A stretch of 64,000 nucleotides of DNA from Tubulanus polymorphus (lineage: Eukaryota; Animalia; Nemertea): positions 2,728,072 to 2,792,071 of the forward strand of contig NC_134034.1 of assembly GCF_964204645.1 (NCBI RefSeq), given 5' to 3'. A program made the translations under genes and the position numbers. How positions within the stretch are numbered: the first letter of the stretch is position 1; every line of letters begins with the position of its first letter. Shown piece after piece: positions 53,172 through 64,000 of this stretch. The notes under the pieces were generated by a model. It worked only from the letters and a program-made list of their open reading frames with translations, searched no databases and was not told the DNA's origin.

Positions 53172-53678
53172 TAGGGTTTTCTGACTTTCGTCGAAAACCC
53201 TCTTGAAATTCTGTTGATTATTATTATTATCATATATTTTCCGCCGATTTCGTCAAATAAAATTCATCTTCATTCAGATTCGGCAACTGACAGCTTCGAA
53301 ACGAAATGTATAAATTGATACTGTAATAACGGTCTCTCTGAACCAACAGATTGTCTGAATGTACTTTCCATCCTATTTGAAACTTAAAATTACTTATGAG
53401 GTTACTGTAAATAAAGAATTGAATTGAATTGTTAGACAACAAGCACCGGCGAAATAACAGTTTGTGACGTCATTTAGTTAGTAAATAAAGGAGGGCTCCG
53501 ATAATTTCCAAATCACGGGGACTATACTGGGGTTAGACCATTCAACCAAAAAGAGGATTGCTCCGATAATATCCAAATCATCTCATTTTATTTTTTCCAT
53601 CGAATACCCGGTAATTAATTTTTCCTTTCTATCACATGCGTCCAGAAAACCTGTTATCGCTGCTTTGCAGCTATATTT
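53172..53678 (+). mobile_element. Helentron-associated (HINE/DINE-1-like) non-autonomous element in the knottin B1 intron; copy at about 58506-59012
   Basis: 5' hairpin AGGGTTTTC...GAAAACCCT; 3' sub-terminal inverted repeat CAGAAAACCT followed by stem-loop GCTGC-TTT-GCAGC and a T-rich end. It sits in an (ATT)n tract and is absent from paralog C at about 62281. Confidence 0.6.
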
Positions 53679-53730
53679 ATTTTTATTATTATCATTATTA
53701 TTATTATTGTTGTTATTGTCATTGTCATTT

Positions 53731-53776
<46 letters not shown>

Positions 53777-54207
53777 TATTATTATCATTGTGGCCGATTA
53801 TCACGAATGCCCAACGCAGACGACACAAGCGCAGACACGAGCGTGAAATTCCTGGTGTCGAGAAACGAGATATGTTTTCGGGAAACGATTATGCCGTGTT
53901 TCTCGTGTTTCTTTGTTTCACTGCATCGTGTGCGGTGTTTTTAAGAGAAGCGATGTTTCCTAGATAAAACTTTTTCGAATTAGTGTTTCTGCGTTTCTCT
54001 GCTGAATCGTGTGCGTTTACGAGAAACAATTCTTCCTAGATTCAACGTGTTCGATTCAGCCTTTCTCGTGTTTTTATGTTTCCCCTCGTCGTGTGCGTGA
54101 TAATCGAAGATACATTCCACATTTTTCAATATATCGTCGATTTAAAGATACGTTCTTATCTATATTCTAACCGTGTTCTTATATTTCTATCTATACCTTT
54201 ATAGAAC

Positions 54208-54798
54208 ATGAATGTATTTGCGGTAAGTTGCTGTCTGTTGGTGTTGGCAGTATCCAACGCTGCTGCCTCCCCTTACGAGCGAGGTATGTCTGCGGAGGCG
54301 CCGAAATGCAAGGAAATGAATGACCCGTGCGACTCTGACGACGAATGCTGCGAAGACGGCAAGAAGATGATCTGCAGGTCGCCTGGTGGCAGCCGACCTG
54401 TCTGCATGATACCCTGTGCGGGATATTACGAACCATGCGCTTCGGTTGAGGATTGCTGTCCAGTAATATCTCCTAAATTTGATGTGAAGTGCGTAGAAGC
54501 TCCAACTCTTGGCAACATGAAGATGAATGTCTGCGTGCCCAAAAAGCGTCCGCAGTGCAAGAAAATCGATGAACCGTGCCAATCGACCGCCGACTGTTGC
54601 AAGGAAGAAGGCGATGATGGAGAAAACCTGACCTGTCGGTTCCATCTAGGACAGTACCTCTGCCAGAAGCCCAAACCCGCCTGCGCCTCGTGGTTCCACA
54701 CATGTAGCCACAAGTTACCGTGCTGTAAGGGAGAGACTTTTAAACCGCTGAAGTGCTTAAAACTGGCTCGTTCTCACATGTGTTCGACGAATTACTAA
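54208..54798 (+). CDS. Secreted four-knottin-module protein (196 aa), paralog B1
   Basis: Signal peptide MNVFAVSCCLLVLAVSNAAA; 4x C-x6-C-x5-CC-x7-11-C-x8-13-C; ends CSTNY like paralog A; AATAAA near 55129. Confidence 0.9.
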   Translation: MNVFAVSCCLLVLAVSNAAASPYERGMSAEAPKCKEMNDPCDSDDECCEDGKKMICRSPGGSRPVCMIPCAGYYEPCASVEDCCPVISPKFDVKCVEAPTLGNMKMNVCVPKKRPQCKKIDEPCQSTADCCKEEGDDGENLTCRFHLGQYLCQKPKPACASWFHTCSHKLPCCKGETFKPLKCLKLARSHMCSTNY

Positions 54799-56412
54799 CA
54801 TGGCCCGCGAAGAGAATTCAATAGCTTTGATACATACATTTAACTCGAAAGCAGCACGTAGTTACATTTTAGCTTTGGCAATTTATTCTGGTAATAACTA
54901 ATTATATCACACTGAATTTTTGGCTCTCTAATCAGCGCATTATCACAGGACCCACTGCAATAGGATCAATTCGGGGAACTTAGCTACATATTAGATTGCC
55001 TCAGGCGATATTCCTGCCAAATTGGCAAATAATTCGTCATCACAAAAACCAAACAACTATCATTTTTTATTCCTCAATTTTTCGTTTGTGTTTGCAGTGT
55101 GAAGTTGTTGTCTGACGGCAGAAAATGAAATAAAAGATGTTTGAATTTAACGTTCTCTTTGCTTTGGATTTAAAATTTCTCGATACGGAATTTTGGATTC
55201 GTTGAAAAACAGCAGATTGTCTAAATTGGTGAAGGAGATAGACAGCAGAGGTGATGCAGGTTACAAACAGCAGATTGTCTGAGAGGGTACAGGGTATAGA
55301 CAGCAGATTGTCTGAGGGGGTACGGGGTATAAACAGCAGATTGTCTGAGAGTTGCAGGATACAGACAGTAGATTGTCTAAGGGGTCACACACGGTACAGA
55401 CAGCAGATTGTCTGAGAGAGTACAGGATGTAGACAGCAGATTGTCTGAGAGTTGCAGGATACAGACAGTAGATTGTCTAAGGGGTCACACGGTACAGACT
55501 GCAGTTTCTGTGGTACGCGAGGATGTCAATACAACGATAACCAGCCCAAGAGAAAGAAAACCGACAACAACACACTTTCAGAATTCCAGAATTTCAATCC
55601 ATGAGAAGAGATGGTTGACGGTGTTAGCGACCATAGACTGGTTGCCTGTCCCATTCTAATTGAAGATAGAGATAATTGAAGATAGAATGGTAACCAGTCT
55701 ATTAGCGACCAGAGAAAGCACGAGTTGCTTAAGCAATGTTCGGACCCCCGCCCGTTTGGTTATAATATCAAGATTCCAGTTTTCGGTCTTTCACTAAAGA
55801 CTATCGTCAGGAACGGTTTTTGTCTTTCCTGGCGATGATTTTTAGTAAGATTATTATAGTTATGACTTTTTAGTATTTCAAGTTTTTCGGCTTCGTGATT
55901 GCGAGACTGTTATGATAACTGTTCGATCCACAATCTAGACAGGGCGGACGCGCATATAAGCCCGTGCCGACAGGCGTTCGGGCCGGCAGCGAACGAATCG
56001 CCTCGAAATGTTAAAGTGCCCTTCAAGACTGGCTACAGTTTCAAAAGAAATATTCGGGTCAAGATTTTTCGCAATTTGGATGCAATTTTTCATGTAGAAT
56101 ATTTCATTCTCAGACGATATGATTTGTTCATCGTCAAAGCAAAAATCATCTTTAAGATCTGTTTTTGTCAATAGGAAATTGCCCCTTTTCAAGGCGAAAA
56201 AGTATCCTTTTTGAAATAGAACTGCCCCTCAAAAAAGCTCGTTACAGGCCAGCGGAACGTGTTACTAATGTGGTATCAAAGCTAATGTTAAAAGGTGAAG
56301 CGAACTATAGGGGGTAGGGCCTACATTACAAGCCTTTGGGTTGTTATTTTTCCAGATTGAAAGCACTGAATAAACCTCGGGAGCGTGAACTTTGCTTATT
56401 TGTATCGGTACT

Positions 56413-57981
<1,569 letters not shown>

Positions 57982-59064
57982 TGTGTGACTGACTTGAATC
58001 AAAGACCCGACTATTCGCTAAATTGAAATTGATGCTTCGTTGGACCGAGACATTGTTTAAGGGAGCGTGCACAGGCAGAACTAGAAATTCTAATACTGTT
58101 AAATGATCTGAATAGAACTCGTGGCCACGACAGTGCAGTGAGCTTCGCTAGATACTATATCAAATAACTCCTCGTAAAAGACGTCTTGACATGTCTGAAC
58201 GAGCCATATAAACGACGTATTGTGTTTGACCACTATCTCGGGCTAGACAAAAGCTACCTCTATTTAAAAATACTAGACAGACAGAACTAACCGCATTCGG
58301 TGAAATTCTCTCCGGAACGAAGAGACGCACAATTCTCAAGTAAGTTACCGAGTTGTTTCTCGGTTTTTTCTTTTTGCATTTTTGATATTTTCATCTAATG
58401 TCTAATCATGTATTTAAGTGTCGTTATTCCGCCCGATGTCATTTTACACTTATTTTCGGAAATTCTTTTTTGATCCGAAATGGAGAAATAAATAAAGATT
58501 ATTATTAGGGTTTTCTGACTTTCGTCGAAAACCCTCTTGAAATTCTGTTGATTATTATTATTATCATATATTTTCCGCCGATTTCGTCAAATAAAATTCA
58601 TCTTCATTCAGATTCGGCAACTGACAGCTTCGAAACGAAATGTATAAATTGATACTGTAATAACGGTCTCTCTGAACCAACAGATTGTCTGAATGTACTT
58701 TCCATCCTATTTGAAACTTAAAATTACTTATGAGGTTACTGTAAATAAAGAATTGAATTGAATTGTTAGACAACAAGCACCGGCGAAATAACAGTTTGTG
58801 ACGTCATTTAGTTAGTAAATAAAGGAGGGCTCCGATAATTTCCAAATCACGGGGACTATACTGGGGTTAGACCATTCAACCAAAAAGAGGATTGCTCCGA
58901 TAATATCCAAATCATCTCATTTTATTTTTTCCATCGAATACCCGGTAATTAATTTTTCCTTTCTATCACATGCGTCCAGAAAACCTGTTATCGCTGCTTT
59001 GCAGCTATATTTATTTTTATTATTATCATTATTATTATTATTGTTGTTATTGTCATTGTCATTT

Positions 59065-59110
<46 letters not shown>

Positions 59111-59541
59111 TATTATTATCATTGTGGCCGATTATCACGAATGCCCAACGCAGACGACACAAGCGCAGACACGAGCGTGAAATTCCTGGTGTCGAGAAAC
59201 GAGATATGTTTTCGGGAAACGATTATGCCGTGTTTCTCGTGTTTCTTTGTTTCACTGCATCGTGTGCGGTGTTTTTAAGAGAAGCGATGTTTCCTAGATA
59301 AAACTTTTTCGAATTAGTGTTTCTGCGTTTCTCTGCTGAATCGTGTGCGTTTACGAGACACAATTGTTCCTAGATTCAACGTGTTCGATTCAGCCTTTCT
59401 CGTGTTTTTATGTTTCCCCTCGTCGTGTGCGTGATAATCGAAGATACATTCCACATTTTTCAATATATCGTCGATTTAAAGATACGTTCTTATCTATATT
59501 CTAACCATGTTCTTATATTTCTATCTATACCTTTTTAGAAC

Positions 59542-60132
59542 ATGAATGTATTTGCGGTAAGTTGCTGTCTGTTGGTGTTGGCAGTATCCAACGCTGCTGC
59601 CTCCCCTTACGAGCGAGGTATGTCTGCGGAGGCGCCGAAATGCAAGGAAATGAATGACCCGTGCGACTCTGACGACGAATGCTGCGAAGACGGCAAGAAG
59701 ATGATCTGCAGGTCGCCTGGTGGCAGCCGACCTGTCTGCATGATACCCTGTGCGGGATATTACGAACCATGCGCTTCGGTTGAGGATTGCTGTCCAGTAA
59801 TATCTCCTAAATTTGATGTGAAGTGCGTAGAAGCTCCAACTCTTGGCAACATGAAGATGAATGTCTGCGTGCCCAAAAAGCGTCCGCAGTGCAAGAAAAT
59901 CGATGAACCGTGCCAATCGACCGCCGACTGTTGCAAGGAAGAAGGCGATGATGGAGAAAACCTGACCTGTCGGTTCCATCTAGGACAGTACCTCTGCCAG
60001 AAGCCCAAACCCGCCTGCGCCTCGTGGTTCCACACATGTAGCCACAAGTTACCGTGCTGTAAGGGAGAGACTTTTAAACCGCTGAAGTGCTTAAAACTGG
60101 CTCGTTCTCACATGTGTTCGACGAATTACTAA
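59542..60132 (+). CDS. Secreted four-knottin-module protein (196 aa), paralog B2, same protein sequence as B1
   Basis: Translation identical to 54208-54798; lies in a near-identical duplicated block offset by 5334 bp. Confidence 0.88.
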   Translation: MNVFAVSCCLLVLAVSNAAASPYERGMSAEAPKCKEMNDPCDSDDECCEDGKKMICRSPGGSRPVCMIPCAGYYEPCASVEDCCPVISPKFDVKCVEAPTLGNMKMNVCVPKKRPQCKKIDEPCQSTADCCKEEGDDGENLTCRFHLGQYLCQKPKPACASWFHTCSHKLPCCKGETFKPLKCLKLARSHMCSTNY

Positions 60133-62044
60133 CATGGCCCGCGAAGAGAATTCAATAGCTTTGATACATACATTTAACTCGAAAGCAGCACGTAGTTACA
60201 TTTTAGCTTTGGCAATTTATTCTGGTAATAACTAATTATATCACACTGAATTTTTGGCTCTCTAATCAGCGCATTATCACAGGACCCACTGCAATAGGAT
60301 CAATTCGGGGAACTTAGCTACATATTAGATTGCCTCAGGCGATATTCCTGCCAAATTGGCAAATAATTCGTCATCACAAAAACCAAACAACTATCATTTT
60401 TTATTCCTTAATTTTTCGTTTGTGTTTGCAGTGTGAAGTTGTTGTCTAACGGCAGAAAATGAAATAAAAGATGTTTGAATTTAACGTTCTCTTTGCTTTG
60501 GATTTAAAATTTCTCGATACGGAATTTTGGATTCGTTAAAAGACAGCAGATTGTCTAAATTGGTGAAGGAGATAGACAGCAGAGGTGATGCAGGTTACAA
60601 ACAGCAGATTGTCTGAGAGGGTACAGGGTATAGACAGCAGATTGTCTGAGGGGGTACGGGGTATAAACAGCAGATTGTCTGAGAGTTGCAGGATACAGAC
60701 AGTAGATTGTCTAAGGGGTCACACACGGTACAGACAGCAGATTGTCTGAGAGAGTACAGGATGTAGACAGCAGATTGTCTGAGAGTTGCAGGATACAGAC
60801 AGTAGATTGTCTAAGGGGTCACACGGTACAGACTGCAGTTTCTGTGGTACGCGAGGATGTCAATACAACGATAACCAGCCCAAGAGAAAGAAAACCGACA
60901 ACAACACACTTTCAGAATTCCAGAATTTCAATCCATGAGAAGAGATGGTTGACGGTGTTAGCGACCATAGACTGGTTGCCTGTCCCATTCTAATTGAAGA
61001 TAGAGATAATTGAAGATAGAATGGTAACCAGTCTATTAGCGACCAGAGAAAGCACGAGTTGCTTAAGCAATGTTCGGACCCCCGCCCGTTTGGTTATAAT
61101 ATCAAGATTCCAGTTTTCGGTCTTTCACTAAAGACTATCGTCAGGAACGGTTTTTGTCTTTCCTGGCGATGATTTTTAGTAAGATTATTATAGTTATGAC
61201 TTTTTAGTATTTCAAGTTTTTCGGCTTCGTGATTGCGAGACTGTTATGATAACTGTTCGATCCACAATCTAGACAGGGCGGACGCGCATATAAGCCCGTG
61301 CCGACAGGCGTTCGGGCCGGCAGCGAACGAATCGCCTCGAAATGTTAAAGTGCCCTTCAAGACTGGCTACAGTTTCAAAAGAAATATTCGGGTCAAGATT
61401 TTTCGCAATTTGGATGCAATTTTTCATGTAGAATATTTCATTCTCAGACGATATGATTTGTTCCCATCGTCAAAACAAAAATCGTCTTTAAGATCTGTTT
61501 TTGTCAATAGGAAAGTGCCCCTTTTCAAGGCGAAAAACTATCCTTTTTGAAATAGAACTGCCCCTCAAAAAAGCTCGTTACAGGCCAGCGGAACGTGTTA
61601 CTAATGTGGTATCAAAGCTAATGTTAAAAGGTGAAGCGAACTATAGGGGGTAGGGCCTACATTACAAGCCTTTGGCTGAATAAACCACGGGAGCGTGAAC
61701 TTTGCACGGCTTATTTGTATCGGTACTGTGTTACTGACTTGAATCAAAGACCCGACTGTTCGCTCAATTGAAATTGATGCTTCGTTGGACCGAGACATTG
61801 TTTAAGGAAGCGTGCACAGGCAGAACTAGAAATTCTAAAGATCTCCACTGTGGGTAATTACTGCAAAATATCTAAATCGCATACTGTTAAATGATCTGAA
61901 TAGGACTCGTGGCCATGACAGTTCAGTGAGCTTCCCTATATACTATATCAAATAACTCCTCGTAAAAGACGTCTTGACATGTCTGAACGAGCCATATAAA
62001 CGACGTATTGTGTTTGACCACTATCTCGGGCTAGACAAAAGCTA

Positions 62045-62130
62045 CCTATATAAAAATACTAGACAGACAGAACTAACCGCATTCGGTGAAATTCTCTCCG
62101 GAACGAAGAGACTCAATTCTCAAGTAAGTT
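62045..62130 (+). promoter_or_regulatory. TATA box and non-coding first exon of knottin paralog C (homologous at about 50717-50800, 52927-53010 and 58261-58345)
   Basis: CTATATAAAAATA is followed by a conserved block of about 65 nt ending in CTCAA|GTAAG in all four paralogs. The other copies carry TATTTAAAAATA or TTTTTAAAAATA. Confidence 0.65.
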
Positions 62131-62796
62131 ACCGAGTTGTGACTCGGTTTTTTCTTTTAAATTTTTTGAATTTTTATCTAATGTCTAGCCATGTATATAA
62201 GTGTCGTTATTCCGCCCGATGTCATTTTACACTTATTTTCGGAAATTCTTTTCTGATCCGAAATGGAGAAATAAATAAAGATTATTATTATTATTATCAT
62301 TATCATTATTATTATTATTGTTGTTATTGTCACTATCATTTTTATTATTATCATTATTACTATTATTATTATCATTATGGCCGATTATCACGAATGCCCA
62401 ACGCAGACGACACAAGCGCAGACACGAGCGTGAAATTCCTGGTGTCGAGAAACGAGATATGTTTTCGGGAAACGATTATGCCGTGTTTCTCGTGTTTCTT
62501 TGTTTCACTGCACCGTGTGCTGCGTTTTTAAGAGAAGCGATGTTTTCTAGATAAAACTTGTTCGAATTAGTTATCGTTTCTCGTGTTTCTCTGTTGAATC
62601 GTGTGCGTTTACGAGACACAATTGTTCCTAGATTCAACGTGTTCGATTCAGCCTTTCTCGTGTTTTTATGTTTCCCCTCGTCGTGTGCGTGATAATCGAA
62701 GATACATTCCACATTTTCAATATCGTCGATTTAAAGATACGTTCTTATCTATATTCTAACCATGTTCTTATATTTCTATCTATACCTTTTTAGAAC

Positions 62797-63147
62797 ATGA
62801 ATGTATTTGCGGTAAGTTGCTGTCTGTTGGTGTTGGCAGTATCCAACGCTGCTGCCTCCCCTTACGAGCGAGGTATGTCTGCGGAGGCGCCGAAATGCAA
62901 GGAAATGAATGACCCGTGCGACTCTGACGACGAATGCTGCAAAGACGGCAAGAAGATGATCTGCAGGTCGCCTCGTGGCGGTCGACTTGTCTGCATGATA
63001 CCCTGTGCGGGATATTACCAACCATGCGTTTCAGTTGAGGATTGCTGTCCAATAATATCTCCTAGATTTGAAATGAAGTGTGCAAAAGCTCCCAAAACTC
63101 TTGGCTACAAGTGGATGAATGTCTGCGTACCCAAAAAGCGTGCGTAG
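62797..63147 (+). CDS. Truncated paralog C: signal peptide plus two complete knottin modules (116 aa); functional two-module protein or young pseudogene
   Basis: CAG->TAG just after module 2 (VPKKRA*). All 12 mature Cys are kept. Downstream, the module-3 relic is decayed and module 4 is deleted up to the AATAAA region near 63281. Confidence 0.7.
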   Translation: MNVFAVSCCLLVLAVSNAAASPYERGMSAEAPKCKEMNDPCDSDDECCKDGKKMICRSPRGGRLVCMIPCAGYYQPCVSVEDCCPIISPRFEMKCAKAPKTLGYKWMNVCVPKKRA

Positions 63148-63371
63148 TGCAAGGAAATCGATGAACCGTGCCAATCGACCGCCGACTGTTGCAGGGAAGA
63201 AGGCGATGGAGAAAACCCAATCTGTCAGCTCCATCGAGGACGGAAAGTCTGCCAGATGCCCAAAACCGCCTGCGCCAGAAAATAAAATAAAAGATGTTTT
63301 ATTTAACGTTCTCTTTGCTTTGGATTTAAAATTTCTCGATGCGGATTGGATTCGTTAAAAGGTATTTTTAC

Positions 63372-63985
63372 TGAAGGGTACAGACAGCAGATTGTCTGAG
63401 AGGGTACAGGGTATAGACAGCAGATTGTCTAAATTGGTGTTTTAAGGGGACAGACAGCAGATTGTCTAAATTGGTGTTTTAAGGGGACAGACAGCAGATT
63501 GGGGGATACAGGGTATAGACAGCAGATTGTCTGAGGGGTACAGGGTACAGACAGCAGATTGTCTAAATTGGTGAAGGGTACAGACAGCAGATTGTCTGAG
63601 AGGGTAGAGAGTACAGACAGCAGATTGTCTAAGGGGTCACACGGTACAGACAGCAGATTGTCTGAGAGTTGCAGGATACAGACAGTAGATTGTCTGAGAG
63701 GGTAGAGAGTACAGACAGCAGATTGTCTAAATTGGTGAAGGGTACAGACAGCAGATTGTCTGAGAGGGTAGAGAGTACAGACAGCAGATTGTCTAAGGGG
63801 TCACACGGTACAGACAGCAGATTGTCTGAGAGTTGCAGGATACAGACAGTAGATTGTCTGAGAGGGTAGAGAGTACAGACAGCATATTGTCTAAGGGGTG
63901 CAGGGTACAGACAGCAGATTGTCTAAGGGGTCACACGGTACAGACAGCAGATTGTCTTGAGGGGATGCAGGGTACAGACAGCAGA
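63372..63985. repeat. About 32-bp minisatellite (GACAGCAGATTGTCT core); shorter arrays at about 55208-55500 and 60541-60835
   Basis: Direct reading; lies downstream of knottin paralogs B1, B2 and C. Confidence 0.92.
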
Positions 63986-64000
63986 ATTCTGTGGTACGCG

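Noticed and set aside
55775-55850. Hammerhead-like core on the minus strand (copy near 61110-61185) as an active ribozyme
   Set aside because: The cleavage position would be G (CUG) and the base of stem II is mismatched; counted only as a decayed relic.

Overview
AT-rich, intron-containing metazoan DNA, probably a marine spiralian invertebrate; the taxon cannot be fixed from the sequence. From left to right: (1) a two-exon secreted polyprotein with 25 copies of AS[L/F/Y]IDD separated by KR/KK sites, which looks like a neuropeptide precursor of a family I do not recognise (2034-3109, +); (2) a 21-coding-exon PRPF40 (WW-WW-FF) splicing-factor gene (10288-24564, -); (3) a cluster of intronless class-A GPCRs: four tandem 417-aa paralogs, a diverged inverted fifth, a pseudogene remnant and an unrelated 316-aa receptor; (4) a three-exon secreted protein with a C-terminal PAN/apple domain; (5) four tandem genes for secreted cysteine-rich proteins built from four consecutive C-C-CC-C-C (inhibitor-cystine-knot-type) modules, the last cut by a stop to exactly two modules with mostly non-synonymous change. 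Non-coding DNA holds several small fold-back elements carrying minimal hammerhead-ribozyme cores (Penelope-like relics), truncated LINEs, MITEs, and mini- and microsatellites. All gene models were built by hand from GT-AG sites and reading-frame continuity; no database searches were run.
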